This document shows positions 8,583 through 17,095 of a stretch of DNA of 64,000 nucleotides, piece by piece; the first letter of the stretch is position 1, and every line of letters begins with the position of its first letter. The DNA lies in NCBI GenBank assembly GCA_035541435.1, contig DATKNL010000002.1, positions 3,962-67,961 on the forward strand, given 5' to 3'. A model generated the notes under the pieces. The model was not told the DNA's origin and did no database searches. It saw only the letters and a program-made list of their open reading frames with translations. Origin of the DNA: Minisyncoccota bacterium (GTDB lineage: Bacteria; Patescibacteriota; Minisyncoccia; UBA6257; 2-01-FULL-56-20). Both the position numbers and the translations under genes were made by a program.

Positions 8583-11120
8583 TCATTTCTCGATCAGCGC
8601 GCCGTAGCGGCGATAGAAATAGCCCTTGGCGAAGTTCACGACGACAAGATAGGCGGCGACGATCACGAGGATGAGCACGACGGGCAACGCGCCGAGCTTC
8701 ACGAAGCCGAGGGGCACGCCGAGCGCGGAATAGGTGATGCCCCAGCCGACCGCGACGGCGCCGGCAGTCGCAAGGAAGAGAGTGCGGCTCGGCCCGCCGC
8801 CGGCCCAGACGCTTTCGCGGCTGCGGATCACGTTCACGACAAGCGTCTGCGTCGCGATCGATTCAAGGAACCATCCGGTCTGGAACGCCCCGCCCGCGGC
8901 GCGCAGCACGAAAAGCAGGACGCCGAACGTGACGAAGTCGAAGCACGAGCTCAGCGGTCCGAAGATGACCATGAACTTCTTCATGAAACCGATGTCGAAC
9001 TTCTTCGGCCGCTGGAGGAACTGCGGGTCGACGTTGTCGAACGGGATCGCGAGCTGCGACGAGTCGTAAAGGAAGTTGTTCAAAAGGATCTGAGGCGCGG
9101 TCATCGGCAGGAACGGCAGGAAGATCGACGCGATGGGCATGCTGAACATGTTGCCGAAATTCGAGCTCAGGGCCATCATGAGGTATTTGAACGTGTTGGC
9201 GAACGTCTTGCGTCCCTCGACGATGCCGTCGATGATCTCGCCGAGGCCCTTCTTGAGCAGGATGATGTCGGCCGTCTCTTTCGCGATGTCGACCGCGTTG
9301 TTCACCGAGATGCCGACGTCGGCCTCTTTTATCGAAAGCACGTCGTTCACGCCGTCGCCCATATAGGCCACGACGTGCCCGTTCTCGCGGAGCGCCCTGA
9401 TGATCGCCTGCTTCTGTTCGGGGTTCACGCGGGTGAAGACGTTCCCCCGCTCGACCGCGGCGGCGAGCTGCTTGCCCTGCAGTTTGGCGATCTCGTCGCC
9501 CGTGAGCGGGTTCCTGACCGGCAGGCCGATCTCTTCGGCGATCTTCTTCGTCACGAGGAAGTTGTCGCCCGTGATGATCTTGATGCCGACATTATAGAGG
9601 GCCATTTTCTTCAACGTCCCCTTCACGCTGCTTTTCGGCGGATCCAGGAAGGCCAGAAAGCCGACGAATACCAGCTCCTTTTCGTCAGCGATGCCGTAAG
9701 GGCCGCTCCGCGGCTCGACCTCCTTGATGCCGACCCCGATCACGCGGAAGCCGTTCGTCGACAGGTGCTCATAGGCCTTCATGATGGCCTCATGCGTCGA
9801 CGCGGTGAGCTTCTTCGTTTCTTTGCCCGACGTCCCCGTGCCGTAATGATGGGAAAGCTTCAGGATCTCTTCGGGGGCGCCTTTCGCGATGAGGACCGAC
9901 TGCTTCTTGTCCTTCACGATCACGGACTCGATGCGCCGCACGGCGTCGAAGGGAACCTCGTCCACCTTCTCCCACGCGGCGACGTCGATCGTCTTGTAAT
10001 GCTCGATCGCCCGGTCAAGCACGCCGCGCACGCCGGTAAGGTGCTGACTGCTCACATAGGCCCAGTAATGGGTCGTCTCGCTCTCCTTGCCGAACTCGTC
10101 GAGGGACTTCATGAGCACGATGCGGTCCTCGGTGAGCGTTCCCGTCTTGTCGGTGCAGAGCACGTCGACGCCGCCGAAGTTGTGGATCGCGGCGAGCTTC
10201 TTCACGATGACGCCGCTCTGGGACATGGCGAGCGCGCCTTTCGCGAGGTTGCTCGTCACGATGAGTGGCAGCAGCTCCGGCGTGAGGCCGACGGCGATCG
10301 CGACGGCGAACAGGAACACCTGGAAGCTCGCGCGTCCCAGAATGAAGACGTTGATGAGGATGACGGCGAGCACGAGGATGAGCGTCGTCCTGAAAATGAA
10401 CAGGCTGAAGTCCTTGAGGTTCCGCTCGAATTCGGTCGGCTGGTCGGGTTTCTTCAGGCCGCCGGCGATCGTTCCCACCTTCGTGCGCGCGCCGGTCGCC
10501 ACGGCGACGGCCGTCCCCTTGCCCGAAACGACGCTCGTGCCGAGATAGAGGGTCTTCTCGGCCGGCGTTGCGGGGGCCTTCTCGACCGGCAGCGATTCGC
10601 CCGTGAGGACGCTCTCATTGAGGAAGAGGTCGCGCGCCTCGAGCAGGATGCCGTCGGCAGGCACGAGGTCGCCGGCTTCGAGCGAAAAGATGTCGCCCGG
10701 GACGATGTCCCTCATCGACCGCTCGGTGAGGGTCCCGTTGCGCATGATGCCGGCGGTGATCGTCACCTTCTCCTGCAGCGCCTCGGCAGCGCGCGCGGAC
10801 TTGTAGCTGTTCACGAAGTCGATGATCGCGCTGCCGAAGACGATGGCCAGGATGATGAGCGCCTCAAGACGCGATCCGAGGAATCCCGAAACGAGCGCCG
10901 CGGCAATGAGCAGCAGGAGCAGCGGACTCTTGAATTTCGAGAGGAAAATGCCGACCGGCTGCAGCTTCTTGCGACCGGCAAACTCGTTCGCGCCATATTC
11001 GGCCAGGCGCTTCGCCGCCGCCTCGCTCGAAAGGCCCTTCCCAGACGTGCCGAGCGCCGCGAAGATGTCGGCGGGCGCCTTCGCGGCTAGCGCTGCGAGA
11101 TCGAACGTCGTTTCGGGCAT
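8583..11120 (-). CDS. mgtA: Magnesium-translocating P-type ATPase
   Basis: TGES, GLTPELLP, DKTGTLT, GDGVND, SSNFGNMFS, FQTGWFLES. Confidence 0.95.
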   Translation of the reverse strand: MPETTFDLAALAAKAPADIFAALGTSGKGLSSEAAAKRLAEYGANEFAGRKKLQPVGIFLSKFKSPLLLLLIAAALVSGFLGSRLEALIILAIVFGSAIIDFVNSYKSARAAEALQEKVTITAGIMRNGTLTERSMRDIVPGDIFSLEAGDLVPADGILLEARDLFLNESVLTGESLPVEKAPATPAEKTLYLGTSVVSGKGTAVAVATGARTKVGTIAGGLKKPDQPTEFERNLKDFSLFIFRTTLILVLAVILINVFILGRASFQVFLFAVAIAVGLTPELLPLIVTSNLAKGALAMSQSGVIVKKLAAIHNFGGVDVLCTDKTGTLTEDRIVLMKSLDEFGKESETTHYWAYVSSQHLTGVRGVLDRAIEHYKTIDVAAWEKVDEVPFDAVRRIESVIVKDKKQSVLIAKGAPEEILKLSHHYGTGTSGKETKKLTASTHEAIMKAYEHLSTNGFRVIGVGIKEVEPRSGPYGIADEKELVFVGFLAFLDPPKSSVKGTLKKMALYNVGIKIITGDNFLVTKKIAEEIGLPVRNPLTGDEIAKLQGKQLAAAVERGNVFTRVNPEQKQAIIRALRENGHVVAYMGDGVNDVLSIKEADVGISVNNAVDIAKETADIILLKKGLGEIIDGIVEGRKTFANTFKYLMMALSSNFGNMFSMPIASIFLPFLPMTAPQILLNNFLYDSSQLAIPFDNVDPQFLQRPKKFDIGFMKKFMVIFGPLSSCFDFVTFGVLLFVLRAAGGAFQTGWFLESIATQTLVVNVIRSRESVWAGGGPSRTLFLATAGAVAVGWGITYSALGVPLGFVKLGALPVVLILVIVAAYLVVVNFAKGYFYRRYGALIEK

Positions 11121-11206
11121 ATGGAATCATTGTAGCATCTATAAGGCCCGCATTCGCGGGCCTTAGGCGGCTTGTTTATCGGCGGTGCACAAGCCGGAGT
11201 TAGAGT

Positions 11207-11246
11207 AAAAAATCAGGCAGCTCTCACGAGGGTGAGGGTTGCCTGA
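11207..11246 (-). terminator. Hairpin / probable terminator
   Basis: TCAGGCAG...TTGCCTGA stem with an adjacent A6 tract. Confidence 0.5.
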
Positions 11247-11260
11247 AGTATAAAGTGGTG

Positions 11261-11629
11261 CTATCCCCAAGCGATAACTCTTGTTCTGACAACCCTGTCG
11301 GGAGCTATCTCTTTGTTCCTGCTTGATAGGCTGTTCGTGATAGCGCACACGAGAAGCCATTTGCTGGATGGATGCGTCTCAAAAAATTCTGCGCTCGCGT
11401 CACAGACAGGCCAGCAGAGAAATGCCTGCTGGGGCCATCGTACAACGCCGGGGATGCTGGGCAAATGAACAGCGTCACGGTCGGGCGTGAGCAGGTAGAC
11501 GGTACGCGTTCCCATATCTGCCATCTCTGAAGAGGCGATGGGGTAAATCCAAATTTTGTCGCACCACTTTCCACGCAATCGTTCCTTGCGTTGTTCTTTT
11601 GTTTCCTTTTGGACCGCGGCCTTTTTCAT
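11261..11629 (-). CDS. Hypothetical protein (orphan, lower GC)
   Basis: AGGAGG upstream of MKKAAVQKE; terminators on both sides. Confidence 0.55.
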   Translation of the reverse strand: MKKAAVQKETKEQRKERLRGKWCDKIWIYPIASSEMADMGTRTVYLLTPDRDAVHLPSIPGVVRWPQQAFLCWPVCDASAEFFETHPSSKWLLVCAITNSLSSRNKEIAPDRVVRTRVIAWG

Positions 11630-11671
11630 GCCATCGTCCTCCTGCAAAAAAGATATCACATCGTCAAAAAC

Positions 11672-11698
11672 AAAAACAGCCCCTTTCGGAGCTGTCTT
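11672..11698 (-). terminator. rnpB terminator
   Basis: ACAGCtCC-gaaa-GGgGCTGT followed by U-tract on the minus strand. Confidence 0.7.
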
Positions 11699-11704
11699 CG
11701 TGCA

Positions 11705-12110
11705 GGCAATCCATAAACCGGATTCTGTCGGCGGCGCTTGCGCGACGCGGACGGCCATTTGTCTGGGTCCTTGATCGCTCGCGGACTCGTGCGGCACTCC
11801 CCTGCGCCTTTCGGCGCACGGGCACGGCCTTGCACCCCGTAAGAGTTTTGCCGTTTCACTTCCGCTTTCCTATCCCTATGGCGGAATTGAGCCTTCAAGC
11901 TTGGGATCGGGCTCCCCCGGCGCTTTCGCGCCTTGCAACGGATGAGCATCCGTGGGGCGTCACTGCTCGCATCTCGTGCCTTGCGGCAGGCAGCCGTTAG
12001 CTGCTACGTTCCCTGCGGACCGTGAGGCCCGGCAGGATGGTGTCCGGATTTTCCTCCCCTCGCCCGCTCCGCTTGCGCGGAACCGGCGAAGAGCGGCCGT
12101 CTGGATTGCC
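11705..12110 (-). ncRNA. rnpB: RNase P RNA
   Basis: Minus strand has GAGGAAAaTCCGG, GTGAAACGGCAAA, AGACAAATG and ACAGAATCCGGtTTAT; P1 GGCAATCC/GGATTGCC; TGgCATAAT -10 just upstream. Confidence 0.93.
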
Positions 12111-12267
12111 GTTGTTCATTATGCCATATTTCTTTCAAAAAGGGAAGGCCGCGGTTTAATGATTTATTTTTAATATATTAAAAATGGGGAAAACGCCGCT
12201 TGACGCATCGAAGCGGTGCCGTACGATAAAAAGAGCACCACATCATCTTCCTTCAGGAGCGAACGAG

Positions 12268-12414
12268 TTGGGACGATCAAGCACACCCTACCATCAACGG
12301 ACCGCTGACGAAGAGGCGCCCGAGGAACCGCGACGGCGGAGCGACGAGCGATCGTCGCAGCGAGCCCTGCCCGCGCAGGAAACCCAGCCTCCTTTAGAAC
12401 GGGATCTGCGATAA
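12268..12414 (+). CDS. Putative small charged protein (48 aa, TTG start)
   Basis: TTGACG-16-TACGAT promoter, AGGAG, downstream hairpin plus T-tract at 12431-12462. Confidence 0.35.
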   Translation: MGRSSTPYHQRTADEEAPEEPRRRSDERSSQRALPAQETQPPLERDLR

Positions 12415-12487
12415 CCCGAAACGCCCCCTTGCGGCCACGTCATCTGACGCGGCCGCTTTTTTATGGAGCGTGCACCAACGACGGCGC

Positions 12488-13108
12488 TCAGCGATGGAAT
12501 CCGAGGTCTGCTGGATTGAAGTCGCCCGATATGCGGCCGACCGATCCCCCGCGCTTTTCGAAATCCTCGCGCAGTTTCGAAACCTCGTCGGCGAGCGCCA
12601 CGGTCTCCTGGGGCAGCTCCTTGCGCTTGATGCGCCACTTGGACCAGTACTCGATGACAAGCTTGCTGTCGCCGAACACGTGCTTCGCGCCCTGCGCCTG
12701 CGCGATCTCGAGCGCATAACGGAGCGCGAGCAGCTCGCCGTAGTTGTTGGTGGCTTCGTCGTTGCCGACGAGATGCTTGCCGAAGCGGTTGAGTTCGGAC
12801 CGCGGAACGGCCTTGTGCAGCAGGTCCTTGCCGCGCTCGTCGGTCACGCTCACTTCGACGCCCGCGCCACGGCCGGTGCCGGCGTCGAAATAGATGCCCG
12901 GCTCGAGTCGCGGGGCCCGTTTGGCCTCATACATGGCGCCGCCCGCAAGCCAGGCTTCGGCGTCATCTTTCGAATCGAACGCCTTGAAGCGGGCGCCGGT
13001 CCTGCCCGACACTTTCGCTTCGGTCTCCTTCCAGTCGGTCGTGATGCCCGTCAGGTTCCCGTCGGGAACGAAATAGGCGTAATATTTCTGTTTTTTGGCC
13101 GGACTCAT
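12488..13108 (-). CDS. Ribonuclease HI with N-terminal hybrid-binding (viroplasmin-like) domain
   Basis: KYYAY..W.ETEAKVSG..GARFKAF; IYFDAGT, TNNYGEL, FGDSKLVI, NPADLG. Confidence 0.85.
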   Translation of the reverse strand: MSPAKKQKYYAYFVPDGNLTGITTDWKETEAKVSGRTGARFKAFDSKDDAEAWLAGGAMYEAKRAPRLEPGIYFDAGTGRGAGVEVSVTDERGKDLLHKAVPRSELNRFGKHLVGNDEATNNYGELLALRYALEIAQAQGAKHVFGDSKLVIEYWSKWRIKRKELPQETVALADEVSKLREDFEKRGGSVGRISGDFNPADLGFHR

Positions 13109-14070
13109 GAATGTGGCGCGGCGTTCAGGGCTTCGACCATCTTCGGAACCGCCTGATCCACGGCTTTGCGCGAGGTGAAGTTGACCGCACCAGCGCCCCA
13201 GTGTCCCCCGCCGCCGAACCGCGCGAGGAGCGCGCCGAGGTTCACGTTGCCGGGCTTCATCCAGGCGTTGTCGCCGATGCCCACATGGAACTGGCCGTCC
13301 TTCTTCGTGATGCGGATCGCATAGCGGATCTTCGGCTTCAGAAAATAAGGGGCGTAGCGCAGCGTCTCGACGTTCGCCTTCTCAAGGTCGATGACCGACA
13401 CGCGGCCTGCGATCTTCAGGTTGCGCCGATAGAACGCGAGCGCTTTCATGTTCTTCGCGCGCAGCTTCGTGACGACGCGCGCGATCCGCGGCTGCTTTGC
13501 GATCATTGGGAGCGGCTTCGTGGCAAAATCCTCGATCATCCGCTGCGCGGTCGCAGGGTTCTTGCGCGTTTCGTCGATGAAGGCGTCGAGCTGCGTCTCG
13601 ACGGTGGTGAGATAGATCGTTTCGCGCGGCGTTCGGTAGCGCGCGCCATCAACGATGTCGGCCCGCTTCACAAGGTCCCCGATGAGGCGCGGCGGCTTCC
13701 AGCCGAAGTTCTTCTTGAGCGATTCGAAAACGAGCCGCGTGCATGAGACATAGGACGGATCAAGCACCCGCTCGCGGGACGGACGATAGGATTTCTTCCA
13801 GGACTCCTTCTTGAACGTGGTCGGATGGTGGTCGAACCACCAGGCTGCGGCCGGATGATAAAAAAAGTCGACGACGACGGCCGGATTCCGCCTGCCGGCG
13901 AACAGCCGGTGCCGCGCGAAAAAACGCTCGCTCATCCATTGGTCCTGCAGGTCGAAATCGACGGCGGCAAAATGGCCAACGTCGTCCCCCCGGCTGCGCA
14001 GGAACGCCGTCATGACGGCCGCCGACGCCCGTCCGTCGAAATCGTTATGAAAATAGATGTCGTAAAGCAT
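13105..14070 (-). CDS. DHH-family phosphoesterase
   Basis: HNDFDG, VVDF, WFDHH, GGGGHWGAG. Confidence 0.85.
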   Translation of the reverse strand: MLYDIYFHNDFDGRASAAVMTAFLRSRGDDVGHFAAVDFDLQDQWMSERFFARHRLFAGRRNPAVVVDFFYHPAAAWWFDHHPTTFKKESWKKSYRPSRERVLDPSYVSCTRLVFESLKKNFGWKPPRLIGDLVKRADIVDGARYRTPRETIYLTTVETQLDAFIDETRKNPATAQRMIEDFATKPLPMIAKQPRIARVVTKLRAKNMKALAFYRRNLKIAGRVSVIDLEKANVETLRYAPYFLKPKIRYAIRITKKDGQFHVGIGDNAWMKPGNVNLGALLARFGGGGHWGAGAVNFTSRKAVDQAVPKMVEALNAAPHS

Positions 14071-14107
14071 CGATAACAATGATGATCCCGTCCGCTGGGT
14101 GCGTGCG

Positions 14108-15331
14108 CTATTTCTTGACGAACGCCTCCTTCGGGGACAGCGAGCTAGCGCGCCGGGCCGGAATGAAGCCGGCCGCAAATCCGATGAGCCCCGAAACGGC
14201 GATAACGACGAGTATAAACCAAAGCGGCGAAACGAACAACGCGAACGCGACACCGCCGTAACGTTCCGCGATGAGGCTCACGACGAAGTTGAAGAGCTGC
14301 CCGATGCCGACGCCAAGCCCGATGCCAACGACGCCGCCCGCAAGGCCCATGACGACCGCCTCGGTGAGGAAGAGCATCTTCACGTCCTTGTCGGTCGCCC
14401 CGAGCGCCTTCATGACGCCCACCTCATAGGTCCGCTCAAGGAAGCCGACGATCATCGTGTTGAACATGCCGATCGCCGACACGATGAGGGCCGCAATGCC
14501 GAACACGCCGAGGATGATCGTGATGATGTTCGTCACCTGCTGCGCCTGCCGCACGAGGTCGATGTGGGCCGAGATGATGAACCCCTGGCCGAGAAGCGAG
14601 CTCCTCAAATTTGTGAATGTCGCGTCGTTCTTCGCTTCGACATAGACCTCCTTATAGAAGGGAGGCGCTTTGGGGAGCGAATTGGCAGAAACGACGACGG
14701 TCGGCGAAAGCGTATCGTTTGCCACGATGCCGGTGACCGGCAGGAGGCTGGTCGAGGTCACGTCGTATGCCGGACCGTTGTTCGGTCCGGGATAGAATGC
14801 CGTGACAAGGACCTGCTTCCCGATCGTCGACGGGGTCGATGAGAGGTTGAGCAGCCTGAGCGCCTGGCTCGAGATCACGACGCCGCCCGACGGTCCGAAC
14901 GGCTTGCCGATGTCGGGAAGGGAGCCGGAAAGGTCGAAATAGTCGGGATCGGCGATGTCGACCAAAACCAGGCCCGACGAGCCGCCGGGCATCGACACCG
15001 CCCCCGAGAATTCGGCGACCGGGCTCACGACGGCGACATCCGCCATCGCCTTCACCTGGTCGACCTTCGCCTGGTCGATCACGATGTTGCTGTCGGACGG
15101 ATAGGTCGCGCAGCACGTGATGAGCGACTGGGGCGTCGTGATGAGCTTGCCGAGCAGGATGTCCTGCAGGCCGTAGCCCAGCGAGACAAGCACCACGACC
15201 GTCGCGATGCCGACCGACGTGCCGAGGACGGTCAGGACGGTGCGCAGCGGCTTCGCGGAAAAGCTCCTGATCGAAAGGCGGACGAGGTTCCTGAAGCCGA
15301 GCTCGTGCGGGATGACGTCGTGGTGTTCCAT
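14108..15331 (-). CDS. ABC transporter permease, MacB/FtsX family
   Basis: LRTVLTVLG, large extracytoplasmic domain, ERTYEVGVMKALGA, IPARRAS. Confidence 0.9.
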   Translation of the reverse strand: MEHHDVIPHELGFRNLVRLSIRSFSAKPLRTVLTVLGTSVGIATVVVLVSLGYGLQDILLGKLITTPQSLITCCATYPSDSNIVIDQAKVDQVKAMADVAVVSPVAEFSGAVSMPGGSSGLVLVDIADPDYFDLSGSLPDIGKPFGPSGGVVISSQALRLLNLSSTPSTIGKQVLVTAFYPGPNNGPAYDVTSTSLLPVTGIVANDTLSPTVVVSANSLPKAPPFYKEVYVEAKNDATFTNLRSSLLGQGFIISAHIDLVRQAQQVTNIITIILGVFGIAALIVSAIGMFNTMIVGFLERTYEVGVMKALGATDKDVKMLFLTEAVVMGLAGGVVGIGLGVGIGQLFNFVVSLIAERYGGVAFALFVSPLWFILVVIAVSGLIGFAAGFIPARRASSLSPKEAFVKK

Positions 15332-15334
15332 GGC

Positions 15335-16654
15335 TTAGCGGTGCGACGGCGCCGTCGGCGCGAATGACGACAGCTGGGGATGCCCTTCCTTCAGGATGAA
15401 TTCCAGGCGCTCGCAGATGCGGTGCGCCGTCGGCGTCGCGAAGCCGAGTCCGGCGCGGCTCCGCGGCAGGCTGAGGATTTCGGAAACGTGCTCCGGGGTG
15501 ATGACGCCGCGGATCCGCTCGTTGAGCACCTCGTCAAGCTGCATGACCTGCAGGCTGTTCAGCACGCCGTGGTAGTCCTCGAGAAGCCACCGCCTCAGCT
15601 TCTCGATGTCGTCTTTGAGCGGCGCCTCGCGGTCGGTCTCGAGCTGATGATAGATGTCGCCCACCGTGCGGCGTTCAGCGATCACGTCCTCGATGATGGA
15701 ACTCACCTTGGCGGCCTTCTGCCGCCACAGTCCCAATCCCCCCTCGCGCCACGGACGGTCGAGCACGTTCCGGAAGACGTCCGCGTCGATCTTGCCGTCG
15801 AGCCGCTGGGCAAGGAAGAATTCGAACCGCTTCAGCTCGGGCGCGGCATAGCCCCTCAGGAACAGGTTCGAGAACGAATGCGCGGCAAGCTGGTGCTCGG
15901 ACATCCCGGGCGACAGCCGGCCGTACATCGTCTTCGAAAGCGCCTGCTGCACGGCCTGCTCCCCCACGCCGTCCTCCTTGGTGACGACGCCGTCCTTCAT
16001 ATAGAAAATCTTCTTCGCGTCGCGCAGGCTCCACGCCTCATGGGTCACCATGATGATCGTGCGGCCGTCCTTTTCGTTGAGCTCCTTCAGGAACTGCAGC
16101 ACCGTGTCGGCGTTCGATGAATCGAGGTTGCCGAGCGGCTCGTCCGCGATGATGATCGGCGGGTTGTTGGCGAGGGCGCGCACGATGCCCACGCGCTGCT
16201 GCTGGCCGCCCGAAAGCTCGTCGGGATAGCGGTCGGCAAGGTGCGCGATGTTCACGCGCTCAAGCAGCTTCATCGCCTCGCGCTTCGAACGGTCCTCGGA
16301 CACGCCGAGGAAGGACATCGGCAAGATGACGTTCTGCACGACGGTGAGCGACGGGATGAGGTTGAACTGCTGGAAGATCATGCCGACGCCGATCTGCCGG
16401 TAGATGGCGAGCTCCTGCCGCGTGAACGTCGATATGTCGCGGCCGTTGATGACGATCCTGCCGTCCTGACCCGGCTCGATGCCCGAAATGAGATAGAGCA
16501 GCGTCGTCTTGCCGGACCCCGACGATCCGAAGAAGGCCGCGTATTCCCCGGGGTAGATGTCGCACGAAACGTCCTTCAGCGCGTGATATTCGTTCGGCTT
16601 GCCGCGCTCGTACCAAAAATTGACGTTCTCGAGCCGGATGATGGGTTCGCTCAT
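15335..16654 (-). CDS. ABC ATP-binding protein (LolD/MacB type) with ~200-aa C-terminal extension
   Basis: GSSGSGKTT, LSGGQQQRV, IIADEPLGNLD, MVTHE. Confidence 0.92.
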   Translation of the reverse strand: MSEPIIRLENVNFWYERGKPNEYHALKDVSCDIYPGEYAAFFGSSGSGKTTLLYLISGIEPGQDGRIVINGRDISTFTRQELAIYRQIGVGMIFQQFNLIPSLTVVQNVILPMSFLGVSEDRSKREAMKLLERVNIAHLADRYPDELSGGQQQRVGIVRALANNPPIIIADEPLGNLDSSNADTVLQFLKELNEKDGRTIIMVTHEAWSLRDAKKIFYMKDGVVTKEDGVGEQAVQQALSKTMYGRLSPGMSEHQLAAHSFSNLFLRGYAAPELKRFEFFLAQRLDGKIDADVFRNVLDRPWREGGLGLWRQKAAKVSSIIEDVIAERRTVGDIYHQLETDREAPLKDDIEKLRRWLLEDYHGVLNSLQVMQLDEVLNERIRGVITPEHVSEILSLPRSRAGLGFATPTAHRICERLEFILKEGHPQLSSFAPTAPSHR

Positions 16655-17094
16655 GGGTGGACGGCCTTCCCGACGACGTTGTTGATGATCTCGACCAGGT
16701 CCTTCGGCATGGTCTGCTCCTTGTGGATATAGCCGTCGGCCCCCTTCGCTTCGGCCTCCTCCTGGAATTCCTTCTCCGAATGGCCGGAGAAGATCAGCAC
16801 CTTGATGTCCTTCGTCGCAGGATCGCGCTTGATCCGCTCGAGGAAGGCGAAGCTGTTCTCGGGATCGATGATCGTTCGGTCCTCCACCTTTTTCGGGATG
16901 GCGAGGTCAAGGAAGACGACGTCGGGCCGCGACGCCGGATCGGCGACGGCCTTTTCGGCGTCGTCGAGGTTCTGGGCTACCGCGAGGTCGCAGGTGCGCT
17001 CGAACCCGTAAATCCAGAAGACGTCGTGAAAATAGATTCTGATGATCTCGTCGTCGTCCACCAGGAGTATTCGCGTCTTGGGGTCATGGCTCAT
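16651..17094 (-). CDS. Stand-alone response regulator receiver protein
   Basis: ILLVDDD, PDVVFLDL, FSG, GYIHK. Confidence 0.85.
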   Translation of the reverse strand: MSHDPKTRILLVDDDEIIRIYFHDVFWIYGFERTCDLAVAQNLDDAEKAVADPASRPDVVFLDLAIPKKVEDRTIIDPENSFAFLERIKRDPATKDIKVLIFSGHSEKEFQEEAEAKGADGYIHKEQTMPKDLVEIINNVVGKAVHP

Positions 17095-17095
17095 G

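Noticed and set aside
8532-11090. Long + strand ORF (852 aa) and similar ORFs at 27899-29998, 44541-46409, 49180-50556 and 54406-56652
   Set aside because: Antisense shadows of well-identified genes; expected with high GC3 codon bias and lacking motifs.
11121-11260. Mg2+ riboswitch or leader upstream of mgtA
   Set aside because: An extended -10 lies 8 nt before the mgtA ATG, leaving no leader; the hairpins fit a terminator of the upstream orphan and no M-box motif was recognised.
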